Shown: positions 1 to 18,098, counted from the first letter of the stretch. The stretch: DNA of 64,000 nucleotides from the human T2T-CHM13v2.0 reference genome, Homo sapiens (GCF_009914755.1 NC_060937.1), one strand, 5' to 3'. The notes: generated by a model not told the origin, from the sequence alone. Translations and numbers: made by a program.

Positions 1-871
1 CAACCCAGCTAGTCTTATATAGACAGCCCCATTTCAGTGACCAGGAAACTGAAGCTTGGAGAACAACTGTGTTGCTTGAGACCACAGAACTGGGGTTAGA
101 AGAAGGTCTAACTGACCCCAGAGCCCATGCTCTTCCCAATATGCTGTACTGTCTCCACAGCACACCACGTGCCACACATTTCCCATTTCCAATCCAAAGA
201 TCATGCCCCTCACATAAATCAAACCACAGACCATGGGAGCTACACACAGGACACTCAGCAACCCTCTGACTATAATTATTTGATGTTGCTTGCCACAGGC
301 TGTTTGTGCTGCCTGACAATTATGTCTGTGCAGCCAGAAAGCGGAAGGTGAAATGAGTAGAAGAAAGAATAAATGCCCTTCAATGCCTTTCTCCATTTCC
401 ATGGAGTGTTGCTGCACCCCACTGAAGACATGGTCTGAGCTGAGGCTTCGGAGTTACCCTCAAAGCTGGGCCTTGGCTTTTCTGACCTTCCCTGCAAGCC
501 GAGTTGTCCCAAGAACCCAGCTGGCCAGGCCACAAGTCAGCTACATCCTGCCCTCCCCTTACTATGAAAACCTGGGGCAGATGATCACCTGGCAGTGCAG
601 GCTGGCTGTGAAGCAGTCACTCTCCCCATAGCAGATCAGTGAGAGCCATCTCTTACCATGTCCTTGAAGAGGAAAATCAGCTTTGCCCCAGTTTTGATCA
701 TATGAAGCAATAGTGTATTAAATAATAAAGCCAAAATTGTGACAGGCTGCCTGGCATACTGACACCCTACAGTATGCCAGGCACCGTATGAAACACTTTG
801 CAACTGTCTTGGGTATTAAACAAGTGGAGGATATCATTACTGGATAAAGCATCCATCAGTCCATGGTCTAC

Positions 872-1031
872 CTTGCTTTTCCAAGTGTGGCCCACAGATC
901 AACAGCATCAACCAACATTATCTAGGAGCTTGTTAGAAAAGCAGAATCTTGGGCCCCTCCCCAATACTAACCTGCATTTTAACATGATTAAGAGGTGGTT
1001 TGTATGCACATTAAAGTTTGAGAAACACTGG
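872..1031. mobile_element. MER5A-like hAT-Charlie MITE
   Basis: ccaagtgtggccc...cttgttagaaaagcagaatctt...taaagtttgagaaacactg resembles the MER5A consensus. Confidence 0.75.
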
Positions 1032-1535
1032 TGTAGCGTTCTCTTTAAGTCCAGGATCAAGCAGAAAGTATGATTTTTCCCTCAAGATTTTTAATCCAAA
1101 TGAGACTATACATATATGAGTTCTGCAGCAATTTGGAGCTTCTTGAATTTATATTTCCTTTGTACCTGGTAAAGAGATTTTTTTCAAATTTTCTTTTAAA
1201 GCTTGCTACCCCTCTCAGGCCTTTATAAGGACAAAGAAGCTTTTACCCAACAACATCTGAGCAAAGGTAGGAACCTAGCATCCTTGAGTGCCTTCAAAGG
1301 TGCATTGTGTGATTTATCTCTGGGAGCTGGATATTATGTTTGCTGTTTCTCTGTTACAGGTTAAAAAAAAAAAAAACTAGATTGAAAGGAACTACTCTCG
1401 GTGGCTCTGGCTATTAAGTGGCAGAGCTGGGATTCAAACCCAGGTCCTCTGACTTTAAAGTTCCCACCCTCCCACCATATACCAGGATGAGTCCGCTGCC
1501 CAGCCAAGCCAAGTAAATTTAAAATGGGTCAAAAT

Positions 1536-1850
1536 TGCCGGGCGCGGTGGCTCACACCTGTAATCCCAGCACTTTGGGAGGCTGAGGCGGGCGGATCACG
1601 AGGTCAAGAGATCGAGACCAGCCTGGCCAACATGGTGAAACCCCGTCTCTACTAAAAAAAAAAATACAAAAATTAGCTGGGTGTGGTGGCGCGTGCCTGT
1701 AATCCCAGCTACTCAGGAGGCTGAGGCAGGAGAACTGCTTGAACCAGGACCCGGGGGGCAGAGGTTGCGGTGAGCTGAGATCACGCCATTGCACTCAAGC
1801 CTGGGCAACAAGAGTGAAACTCTGTCTCAAAAATAAATAAATAAATAAAA
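1536..1850 (+). mobile_element. Alu (AluSc-like), full length
   Basis: Dimeric Alu with (AAAT)n tail; TSD taaaatgggtcaaaat at 1520-1535 and 1851-1866. Confidence 0.95.
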
Positions 1851-2287
1851 TAAAATGGGTCAAAATCATAAACATTACTATCCTTTTATCTGGATAAAAA
1901 TACTCCAAGCACAATTGAGTCTTCATATCCCTAACACACAATCTCATGGAAAGAGCAAGAAATGGGTTGTTTTATTTTTATCTATAATGCTATTCAGGTG
2001 CTTGCTTAAGGGATTTACAGCTTATGGAAATGGCTGGTTTAGATTCTAATGGAAAAAAAAACTCAGAGAGGAGACCTTAAATATTTGCAGCTGTAGTTCA
2101 TTGTCTTAGCTGTCCTGGGACCAGATAGCAGAAATACAGTATAATTGCAGTGACAAAAAGAAGATAGCAATGCATAAATATTAGGGCTAGGGAAGACTTT
2201 GGACTGCTTCATCAGGATCATCAGCCAGGTTTAGGCACTACTACATCAGGAAGCTTAACAAATGTCTCTTGAGTTAGAGACCAAACA

Positions 2288-2290
<3 letters not shown>

Positions 2291-2340
<50 letters not shown>
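2291..2340. repeat. (GA)25 microsatellite
   Basis: Uninterrupted GA run. Confidence 0.98.
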
Positions 2341-2343
<3 letters not shown>

Positions 2344-3864
2344 TGCCTAGTGACATGCAGCTGTGCTCTTTAAATCATAATTTAAAAGGTGCCTTTCCTC
2401 CAACTGCAGTAGTGCTTTCATCATCAACCTAACTAGGTTAGGGACTGACCCTGCTCACCCTTGGGAAGTGGGAGTAACAATTTATCCTAATGATTTTCGG
2501 AAACAACACAGCTTCTGGGCTAGAATCATATCAATTCCCCAGGGAGTTTCTTACAGTCTCACTTCACTGGGCCAGTGAGGATTCCCTTTCAAGCTGGGTT
2601 ATCAAGCTGTGGATGAATTTTTTTTTATCAAGATAAATAACCATATAAAATGAATGCTCTCTGTAATTAAATAAGTAAACACCAAAAGATGTGTTTCTCT
2701 AGGGGGATTATCATGAAAGTACAGATTTTCCATGCAGGCCAAGTTCAAATTCTACCAAGCAATCAAAAAGCATATTTTCAAACTACCAAATATAATTTGT
2801 TGGTGAGATGAGAAAAAAGCTTGCTTCCTGACATCTGCCAGACCATGTGCAAAGGATTTTCAGAGCAGAGGTTGAGGTGGAGGTTGCATCCAAGAGGATG
2901 ACAATTTATTCTTTCATAAAACACCTAAGGATGCTGATTTCACCATTTAAAAAAAATTCAGATTAGAAAGTTTCCCCATCTCTCTCGAGGCTCCTTTCTC
3001 ATCATGACCTGTCCTCCACCCCATACCAACCTCTCCTCCAGGGTTCCTATGCCCTCTTCACATCTAGCCACTGGAAGCTCCCCAAGGCATCGAAACTCCA
3101 AACTTGTCCTTCAACAGGACCCAAGAAATACTCTCCTCTCTTTTTCCTCACGCCATCAAACCTCCTGTTCATCAGCAATGTAAATCTCAGTTAAGTGCTG
3201 AGAAGAAATCAGGCTCACTAAACTAATTCACTCTAAGGTGTGAATGATTGATAGCCCCATAAATATCCCTTGGAGATTTGCATTTTAAAAGAGGATTTTA
3301 TGCACCCTACTGAATCTTCATTTGCATGCATTTCAAGCTTGGGAAGAAGAGATTTGTTTTGTTTACCACATAAGCAACTTGGAACCTGTCATACCAAAGA
3401 TCAGATCTTTTTACCATTTATAGTGAGTTCATTGGTTGAGTTGTTATTTTCATCATCAGTTGCCTAATGCGTTGCTGAGCCCTGTCTTGGGTAAAGCACT
3501 TTATCCCTCTAAATCTAGAGCTGAACTGAAAGGGGACTGTGTCCATCTTGCTTCACTCTTTCCTCGCCTGAACAGACAGAAAGTCCCCCAAATAACCAGT
3601 GCAGCTGCATTTAGGCCACTTCTTAGGTGGCACTTAGCAAGATGAAAAATGAGATCTACTCCAATTTTTGTAATAATCTTCCTGCTCCCTGCCTTCTATG
3701 TCTTACTAGATTTTGCTATAGCCCCTTAACTCTGAACTGTAGATTCAGCTCCACTTCCAGAACTCCAGGCTTTGGGCATAGGGAACAGAAAGAATTCAGA
3801 TGAATTTCGCTTTGAAGAACAAGGCACATTTGGAGTGTTTTCTCATTGCTTCACTCCACTTACT

Positions 3865-4060
3865 GCACATTTACTGAGAAACACTATGTTCAGTGTTTAA
3901 TCTTTACATCAATCCTGTTGAGGAATATCACTTTCCCTGCTCTACAGATAAGCTACGTTAGACTCAGAAGTTAAGCAACTTACCCAAGATACCACAGCTA
4001 GTTTAGCAGAGCCAAGATTCAAATCCAGATCTGTCTAACTCCCAACTCCTAACTGCTATG
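3865..4060. mobile_element. MIR fragment
   Basis: aagttaagcaacttacccaagat...agagccaagattcaaatccagatctgtctaactcc MIR core. Confidence 0.7.
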
Positions 4061-4110
4061 TTGCAGTATATGTAGTGGGAAGGAGAGCACGGTCTTAGAG
4101 TGACTTCGCA

Positions 4111-4348
4111 GGCAGGGCCAACCTCTCTGTTAGGCGCAGTGGGCACAGTGCCTAGGGCCCACCATACCTTTAGAGACCCCCCCCCCACGAAGTGTTTTAA
4201 TTCCTTTAATTAACTTTCTTTGGGGTCAAAGAAAATGTTTTCATAAATATTAATATATTCATCTTTATACCAACACCATCATAAAACACATTTTAAAAAA
4301 TTTTTATGAAGGAAAAGGTCCACAAAGGCAAAAGTGCCAAGGCCCATC
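4111..4348. mobile_element. hAT-type DNA transposon fossil (probably Tip100 group; family unresolved)
   Basis: cagggcc start and repeated gtgcctagggccca / gtgccaaggccca subterminal words around an AT-rich core. Confidence 0.5.
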
Positions 4349-4494
4349 CCTGCTTAGAGGTGACCTGCTCCCCCCACTCCCAGAAGTTTCTGCTGCTCTG
4401 CCACCTGAGTCATTGCCAACTTTGCAAACAGCCACAGAAGAGCCATGATGTTATTATCTTGCATCAGAGAGCAACAGATGAACAGAAAGGCTAA

Positions 4495-5251
<757 letters not shown>

Positions 5252-5635
5252 ACTGCATAATTCTCTCAAAGTCATGGGGTCAGAGGCCTGACTCATGTGG
5301 TAGGTCCTGGTAGTAAATCACTGGAGCAAGTGCGTTTCAAGGGCTCTCAGATTGGCTTGCACATGATACCACTGGGTGGAGATTTGGAGAAGACCAGTGA
5401 GTCTCTGAGTTTAACGTATCTTATCTGTAAAGTAGGGGAAGTGATATTTCCTCAACAGCATTGATGTAAAGATTAAACACTTAACATAGTGTTTCACAGT
5501 TAGTAAATGTGCAGTAAATGGGGTGATTGCAATGAGAAAACACTCCAAATGTGCGTTGTCCTTCAAAGTGAAAGAACAACATTTGCACCCCTTTCCCCAA
5601 CCCAGGCCAGTAAGTTTGTTCTCTTCCATGATCAC

Positions 5636-6202
5636 TTAGACATACTGAACTCCAAGTTTCTCTTCAAAGAATCAGTATGTCAGTATGTTCAGCTCTCTTA
5701 TTCTTTGATTCTCCATTTTAAAGTTTAACTTCCTGGTTCTCTTCGCCCCCTTGCCTCTAGTTTCAGTAAACAACTTTCCCACCAGTTCTAATCAGTAGTT
5801 CACATCTGTTCTCCTGGTCACCTGCTTTGACCTGAATCACCCCTGGTCACCTGCTCTGACCCGGATCATTCTGAGTCACCTGTTCTGTAACTGCCCTTCC
5901 CACCATCCTACCCACCCCACCACTCCAGCTCGTATCCCTACTCTCTTTAAAATAGCCAGTTGGAATTAGCTTAGACTGTGCAGTCCAACCCTAGCCAATA
6001 GGGGAACGACACAGCAGAAGGGGCTACCTGCATCAGGAATAAGAAACCCTTCCCCTCCCTTGTCCAGGTGTGCTCTTGCCATTACTCCGTCTGCAAGTCG
6101 CACCCTTCCATAGAAGTAAAAATTGCCTTGCTGAGAAAATTAAATTTATGTTTAAGTGCTATTTCTCTGTGGCACCGAGGAAGAAGCATTTTGTTTCTAA
6201 CA
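5636..6202 (+). mobile_element. LTR10-family (HERV-I/ERV1) solo LTR
   Basis: tttctcttcaaagaatcagtatgtcagtatgttca start, CCAAT at 5995, ttgccttgctgagaaaattaaa, ...tttctaaca end; tcac on both flanks (5632-5635, 6203-6206) as possible TSD. Confidence 0.75.
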
Positions 6203-6937
6203 TCACCCAGACCAGGGGTCTTGCTGCCATGTGCTGTCAAATTATAGACTGGGGCATGGTGGATGGTTCTGGGCCAGCAGATCTGATACAGTGGTAGGTT
6301 AGAAAAGTTTCTGCCCTTTCAAGATGCTGGACAGATGAGATTGGTTATCCAATCCAGATTCTCCTCTGCTTGGCCACTGGAACCCAACCAGAGAAGGACC
6401 TGTGAAGAAATCCCTCATGCTTTGGCTTTTTTCAGGGAATCATTCCTTTGATGGTGTCAGCAGCCTGACAGTTGCCTTTGAGAACTCTTGGCCAACATTA
6501 AGGGATTTTCATGCAAATAATAAACTCTGGCCTGGAAAAAGTCGACTGGAGCCTAACTCTTCTTTTTTTTTCTCTCTCTCTTTCTTTAAACTAAGGGATA
6601 CTGCTCAAAGTTAAGATGACAATTATCAGTGATGTATAATAAGAGATGCTGAAATAAGGGTGATAATAAAGGTCCCGGGCTTGCTCACTCATGGTCACAG
6701 TAAAATTTTTATGCAAGTATATACCACCTTACATAAACCTCACTTTAGATATCCTCAAGTGATTGCACATCAAGATCTTGCAAATTGAAAAATACATTAA
6801 GTATGCCATGGGGTTGACTTTTTATCAGAATTCACACATGATTTCTTTCATAAGTTCAGGATCTTTTAGGGTGCCCATAGCCTTGCCTATATTTATGTAT
6901 TTTATAAACCTACATTTTGGTATATGAAGTCTTTTCT

Positions 6938-7225
<288 letters not shown>

Positions 7226-7556
7226 GAAGTCTTTTCTAAATAGAACACAAGCTATTTGCTAGTTTCTTGAGTGTCATTTTTAACTATAAACTATAATAAC
7301 AATACAAATGCTCAAGCAGGGTTCATGGAGACAAAAAAAAAATAGAGACTAACATATTTGAAAAAAAGGTAATAGTTCCCTGAAAGGAATGTTGCCTTTG
7401 AGTCACTTTTCCATGTGTAGCACAGATCCAGCCCCTGGTTCCATCCTTTCTATTTTCAAAACATCGCATTTTTGCAGGAGTTGAGGGCAGCCTATAATAT
7501 GGTGATAAAGACACAGTTACATGAAGAACATACTCCTCTCTCAGACTGCCCAGGTT

Positions 7557-7672
7557 CAGTGATTCATTCAACAAACTTTATTGATCACCTACAGAGTGTT
7601 AGGTACTCTGTTAGGTATAGGATTCAACTGTGAAAAAGACATATTAATCTCTGCCATTGTGCAGACTACATT
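7557..7672 (-). mobile_element. L2 3' fragment
   Basis: attcattcaacaaactttattgatcacctac L2 tail. Confidence 0.6.
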
Positions 7673-7673
7673 C

Positions 7674-7973
<300 letters not shown>

Positions 7974-8140
7974 TAAATCTATTCTCAAGATGTTCAGTTG
8001 TCAAAGTGGCTTGCAAATTTCATCTTGAAAAACCCTGCTAGATCTGCCCTGCTGCAACATGAAGTGGCTGCTCTGCAGGCCTGGTGCACAGCTGTCATCC
8101 TGAGACCTTTCTTTTTATCATTTCCCTGAGTCCCTTCCCC

Positions 8141-8328
8141 TTTTTCTTTTCTTTCTTTCTTTCTCTCCTTTTTTTTTTTTTTTGACACAGGGCCTTGCTC
8201 TGTCATCCAGGCTGGAGTGCAGTGATGTGTTCATAGCTCACTACAGCCTCAAGCTCCTGGGTTCAAGTGATCCTCCCACCTCAGCCTCTGGAGTAGCTGG
8301 GACTACAAGTATGCACCACCATGCCCAG

Positions 8329-8369
<41 letters not shown>

Positions 8370-8477
8370 CACACGTAGAGACAGGGTCTCTCTATGTTGC
8401 CCAGGTTGGCCTTGAACTGCTAACATCTCAGCCTCCCAAAGCTCTGGGGTTACAGGTGTGAGCCACTGAACCCAGCC
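8141..8477 (-). mobile_element. AluJ-like with (CA)n replacing the middle linker (8331-8374)
   Basis: Reverse Alu right arm, CA run, partly deleted left arm. Confidence 0.88.
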
Positions 8478-8901
8478 CCTTTCTTTCACTTTTTTTAATG
8501 TTATGTGTTCTTTTCCTGTATCCCATTATGTTCATTTTACTTGGCTTACTCTCTTATTTTGGTGGAGCACATTCTCCTCGTTGCCCAAGGAAGGATGCAT
8601 AAGATGGAAAAATTCTGAGATCTGGAATATCGGAAAATGCCTTTATTCTGCACTCACGCTTGATTGAGAGCTTGTTTGGGCATAGAATTCTAGGTTGGAA
8701 ATGTTTTTTCTGGTCTTGTTTCATGTTTACAGTATTTCCTACAGTGTCTCTGAGAGCATTAATTGTATTTTTGAAGTTTTTGGCTCCTACACAGTTCCTG
8801 TATCTCCAAGGTTTGGTCTTTCATTTTTCTTTTCTGTCTGTGTGTTGTGGTCTCTATCTTTCATTTAGATGCCTTTCCTCAGCACTGTGATAGTTTGCTT
8901 A

Positions 8902-9309
<408 letters not shown>

Positions 9310-9312
9310 CCG

Positions 9313-9561
9313 ACTGCAATGGTGTGATCTCTGCTCACTGCAACCTCCACCTCCCAGATCAAGTGATTCTACCTCCTCAGCCTCCCAAGTAGCTGGGACT
9401 ACAGGTGCACACCACCACGCTCAGCTCATTTTTGTATTTTTAGTAGAGACTGGGTTTCACCATGTTGGCCATGCTGATCTTGAACTCCTGACCTCAAGTG
9501 ATCTGCCAGCCTCAACCTCCCAAAGTGCTGGGATTACAGGCAGGAGCCACCTCGCCCGGCC
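9313..9561 (-). mobile_element. Alu lacking 3' end and tail (right member of inverted pair)
   Basis: gactgcaatggtgtgatctc...gagccacctcgcccggcc. Confidence 0.92.
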
Positions 9562-10846
9562 TAAAAAGATCCTTTAAATATTCTTTTGGAAGGTCAAATC
9601 CTGGTTACATGTATTCTAACGTTTCATCTGGTTTCAGGTTAGTACCCATGACTTTGGGTGGACATATTGTCCTCCATCTACACAGGTTCCAGATAACAGG
9701 CCTCTAGCCTCTGCTAGGTTTGGGGAGAGGAAGTCCCTAACTCATAGATAATAAAGGGAATCAGGTGCTTTGCAGACAGCTTTCAGCAAATCCTTCTTCG
9801 TTTAGCTCCCCCTTCACTCTCACTTGAAGGCATACCTGGCCCCCCTGGTTCCTGAGATTTGGGGATTCAACTATGTCAAATGGGCTATTTCTTGGCTTCC
9901 CCTATTAGCAGCTTGAGATTCAGCTTCCTTCATTTGCTAAGTCACCTCTAACTAAATCCTTGCTAAATCCTCCTGACTTGTACTTCCCCAAATTTTGTTG
10001 TTTCGTCTCCTCTTCCACACTCCCCATCCTTATGGAAAAAATCCTTTGTTGTCTTTTTAGAGGGATTTTTGGCAGAGACTGGAATTAGAGTAAATGTTCA
10101 GTCAATTTTATTTTCCAAAGTATCTGAATGGTAACCCCAACCTAAAATCAAGCAAGTCACTCAGATATGTAAACCTAGGTATCACTTTCTAGAACCTACC
10201 AGGCCTTTAGAAGAGTAGTCACTGTCTTTGTCTGGGGTTTTAGATAAAACAAACTATGGAGAAATGCAGAAAATCCTAAAGATACAGAATAAAAATAAGA
10301 AGAACCAGAGTGTATGAGAAGAAGCCTAAAACAAGTAAGATTATTTAACAGCAAGGGAGGAGCTTGAGAAAGTTTCAGTGTTTTACAGGCATGAGGTTCT
10401 CAGGGTGGGAGAGTAGGAATGTGAAGACATGACATTAACTAGCTAGCAAATAGCACTTACATTTTCTCTGTGCTTAATTTTCAGCATTTGTAAAATGGAA
10501 GTGCTAATAGTTCCCTCTTCTTGCTATGAGGGCTCAATGAGAAAATACATCTCAGGGATTTGCCACAAAGCAATCTCCAGGACCCCTAAAATTCCTGCCA
10601 ACCGTCACAGTCCATGATTCAATGACCCCATAAATAGATTTTAATGCAGCATGAAAAATTAGATGGCCTGGTAGAAATGTCCTTTTAAAACTTGTCAAGT
10701 CAACAGAGATTATCCTTCTAAGACAATTTGAGTATTTTATTCCCCTGGATCTGGGGTAATGGAATACATGTTTATACAAACCTAAACATAATATTTCAAA
10801 ACATCACTCAAGGGTATGACTAGAATTTGGGAAACTAAAACACTAA

Positions 10847-11171
<325 letters not shown>

Positions 11172-11358
11172 AGCCATTCTTCTTTAAATTTATTTTCATG
11201 ACCACAATGAAGACTATCCCTTCCATCATTGTCAGAGGCTTTTGCTCAAATGTTCCAAAGAAGCCATAAGTGAGACTTAACAACTCTTGTCAAGTAATGC
11301 TACTGCCTCGATCCACACCGTGAATTCTGTGGGAGTTGTTCCTACAGAGTATCACTAG

Positions 11359-11769
<411 letters not shown>

Positions 11770-11806
11770 TAAATCGGAAGTTAGGCATCAGATAAATCAG
11801 TATTAG

Positions 11807-12225
<419 letters not shown>

Positions 12226-12817
12226 GAGATGCCTTTCATATACAGGCGTTTTAAACATTTGTGAAATCAGCTGTCACTCTTCTAATAGAATGCTTCTGCC
12301 TCTCTTGCCCCACTTAGACCTCCATTAGCAAGATCACGGACCTATTTACCTATCATGTTTTCTTTTAGCAGTAAGCTGGGTGTTGAAGGATGTTTAAGGA
12401 TTGCCTTCCTTGCCAGGAAGACAAATGGATACTACTAAACCAGAATGAAAACGGCAATGACTTGGTTAAAATATTCTCTGACTTGACACACTAAGGTTGC
12501 AAAACTGATAAGCTCAACAGTTATGTGAGCCCATTTTTGCCCTCTGAGGAGGCACCATGAGAGTCCTCTCTGTGAATACTGTGAAGTGCCTCCTATCTCC
12601 CCACCATCTCCACTTCCCTCCCTACTCCCATTTATTTGTTAAATAAATACATTTTAAAACTAAATGAATCAAGATTGATATAATTGACACTTTTTGTGTG
12701 TCTAAATTACGATACCCTAGTTAATCCTTTTAAAATAGCATAAAAATAAACTCAGATTTTGACCTTGTAAAAAGTATAAAAATCTGAATAGAGTTGTAAT
12801 TGGTAAAGAACTAATAT

Positions 12818-12910
12818 TCCGGGAGGCGGAGCTTGCAGTGAGCCGAGATCACGCCACTGCACTCCAGCCTGGGAGACAGAGCAAGACACCGTCTCCAAAA
12901 ATAAAAAAAA
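12818..12910 (+). mobile_element. 5'-truncated AluY (last ~80 nt plus tail)
   Basis: ccgggaggcggagcttgcagtgagccgagatc; TSD aaagaactaata at 12805-12816 and 12911-12922. Confidence 0.9.
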
Positions 12911-13155
12911 AAAGAACTAATACGGTGGCTAGAAAAGGACACTTACATTATTGTGTGCTTCTATTTGTTGGATTCATTTTATCATAAATATTGATTTGGG
13001 AACTTCTGCTTTCAGCCAAGATGGAGGAACAGAACAAATTTACTTTCCCATCTGAAACAGTCTCCCCTCCTCTAAAAAAAAAGAAAAAACAAAATATTTG
13101 AAACAATGGTTTTCAAGATACTGGAAACTGGGCAATGAAGGGCAGTGATCCATGA

Positions 13156-13533
<378 letters not shown>

Positions 13534-13767
13534 TGAGGCCATGGCATAGGAAAGGGGAACTCAGGTGGGCCTTAGGGACTTCCTGAGCTGAGAGGATACA
13601 GCTGAAAATCTGGGGAGACCAAGGTAGCTGGAGTTCACAGAACAGAGTACTGGAGAGGAGAAAACTGCATACAGAAAGAAATCAGAAATCCCCTTTGAGT
13701 ATTCAGGAGAATACTGATCCACTCATGCATGTAGGGAAACTGCAGGAGGTCAGGGAAAGAACTTTTT

Positions 13768-14082
13768 TCTTTTTCTTTTTCTTTTTTTTTTTTTTTTTTT
13801 TGAGACGGAGTCTCACTCTGTCGCCCAGGCTGGAGTGCAGTGGCGCCATCTTGGCTTACTGCAAGCCCCGTCTCCCGGGTTCACGCCATTCTCCTGCCTC
13901 AGCCTCCTGAGTAGCTGAGACTACAGGCGCCCGCCACCACGCCCGGCTAAGTTTTTGTATTTTTAGTAGAGACGGGGTTTCACCGTGGTAGCCAGGATGG
14001 TCTAGATCTCCGGACCTCGTGATCTGCCCCCCTTGGCCTCCCAAAGTGCTGGAATTACAGGCGTGAGCCACCGTGCCCGGCC
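13768..14082 (-). mobile_element. AluY in L1
   Basis: CpG-rich, gttcacgccattctcc; TSD aagaacttttt at 13757-13767 and 14083-14093. Confidence 0.94.
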
Positions 14083-15289
14083 AAGAACTTTTTAAAGGAT
14101 GGAAGGGAACAGTGTTCAGTTTCTACATAGGGGTGCGGATGGTACTTATTCCCACAGATTGGAAAATATGAAAAAATAACAATATGAATTAAGGTTTTTT
14201 CAGAGATATAAAAGCTGACAGCAATCCACACTACAAGAATGCTGAAAGTTCTTAAAACAGAAGGAAAATGATACCGAAAAGAAATATAAGTTTATCTAAA
14301 GTAATGAAAAACATCAGAAACGGTACATAACTATAAAGACTCTTTTTTCTTATTTAAATATTCTTAAAAGACATCCTACTGTTTTAAACAAAGGTAGTAA
14401 CATAGTGTGAAGTTTATAACATATAAGTGTAAAGATGAAAATATGTATCAGGCTAATATCAATCAAAGGAATGCTGGAGTTGTTACATTAATGTCAAACA
14501 AAGTATATTTCATCAAAAAGACTATTTCAGAACTAGAATAAAGAGGGTAATTATGTAATGACATAGGAGTCAAAAATGTGTACATCTAATAATAGATTTT
14601 GAAAAATATGAATATAAAACTAATAGAATTATAAAAAGGAATAGAAAAGTTCACACTTAGAGATTTTATTATCCTTGTTTCAATAATTGATAGAACAAGT
14701 ACACAGAAAAACAGTTGAGTTGTAGAAGACTTGTATAGCACTATAAACCAACTTGACTTAATTGGCGTTTATATAATACTCCATCAAACAACAGCAGAAT
14801 AAACATCCTTTTAAAGTGCTTTCAGAACACTGACCAAGATCAAATTCTTGGGAACTAAACAGTCTCAATAAACTTAAAGGATTCAAGTCAAACAAAGTAT
14901 GTTCTCTGACCACAATGGAAATAAAGTAGAAATCAATAATAGAAATATATCTGCAGAATTCCCAAATATTTGGAAACTAAATAACATACTTCTAAACAAC
15001 ATGGGTCAAAGAAATTAGAATGCATTTTTTAACTGAATAAAAGTGAAAGTGCAACATAAAAGAATTTGTTAGATACTGCTAAAGTAGTACTTAAGTGGAA
15101 ATATGTAACATTAAACACTTACGTTAGAAAAGAAGACAGGTGTTAAAGCAATGACCTTGGCTTTCATTTTAAGAAATTAGAAAAAAGAGGAAAACATAAA
15201 TCTAAAGTAAGCAGAATAAAGGAAATAATAAAGAATGGAAGTCAGTAAGAAGACATAAAAACAATAGAGCAAATAACTAAAACCAGAAT

Positions 15290-15608
15290 TTTTTTATTTT
15301 TATTTTATTTATTTATTTATTTGAGATGGAGTCTTACTCTGTCACCCAGGCTGGAGTGCAGTGATATGATCTCAGCTCACTGCAACCTCCGCCTCCCGGG
15401 AGGGTTCGAGAGATTCTCCTGCCTCAGCCTCCCGAGTACCTGGGGCTACAGACATGGGCCACCATGCCCAGCTAATTTTTGTTATTTTGAGTAGAGAGAG
15501 GGTTTCACCATGTTGGCCAGGCTGGTCTCAAACTCCTGACCTCAAGTGATGCACCTGCCTCAGCCTCCCAAAGTGCTAGGATTACAGGTGTGAGCCACCA
15601 TGCCCATC
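15290..15608 (-). mobile_element. Alu (AluS) in L1
   Basis: (TTTA)n tail plus reverse Alu; accagaa flanks both ends. Confidence 0.92.
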
Positions 15609-16071
15609 TACCAGAAATTTTTTAGATCAGTGAAATTGATAAACCTCTGCCAGATTGATCAGAAAGAAAGAAGACACAAATTACAAATCTTTATGTCTTC
15701 TTTTGCAGTTTAAAATACGTGACTCAGCAGTTCACTTTCTATTAAATTATTCTACAGAAATACACAAACTAGTTAGCGCACGGATATGTGTACATGGATT
15801 TTAGCAGTAGGACTGTTGGTGGTGGTGATGGTAAAAAAGAAAAACAAAAAACACCTTAAAACAACCTAGAAATTCTTCCGGAGGGAACCAGCTGAATAAA
15901 TGTTATGTTCTAATTAGATAATGGGAATCCACACTGTTTCTAAAGTTAGGTAAATTTATATGCACAGATATAGAAAGGTGTCTAAGATGGAGATATACAG
16001 ACACATTCACGTTTAGTTACATATGTAGAAAGCAAAAAAAGGAAAAAAAAGATTGAATAGATATCGACCAT

Positions 16072-16829
<758 letters not shown>

Positions 16830-17219
16830 ACCATTAACGGCGCTTTTCTCTAGGAAGTGGGATTGGGACTGTAACTATCATGTCTGGAGGGGCACAAAGG
16901 CACAAGCCATTAGGAAGAAAATAAGGTTGCCATTAACCAATCAAAACACACGTGACATCCAGAGGATGGCGCCAAACATATCCCGGGCTTCCCTTCAGGC
17001 TATACATACAGCTTATTGCAAATGGACGTTTGGCAGTCCCTCCTCTCCTTGAACCCCCTACCTCTGACCTCCTCCACACAAGTTCCCCTGATCCCTACCA
17101 CTTCTCTGCCCATCCAAATTCTGCCATCTCAAAAGTTGTTCTGGTCTTCATTCTGAATCTGCTAAAACTGACCACTTTTCAAAGCATAACTTTGATATGT
17201 TATACTAAATTTACTATGA

Positions 17220-17621
<402 letters not shown>

Positions 17622-17784
17622 TATAATTTTTTTATAAAAGGTTTTAGTGCAAATGATAGTAGTAAAGAACACTTGCAATAAAATTAACACTCTTTCAAAT
17701 CTAAAGGATTAATATCTGTAATAAGTAAAGAAGAAAAATAATTACCAATAAACACACAAAAATATTCAATCACTGTAGTAGTCA

Positions 17785-18098
<314 letters not shown>

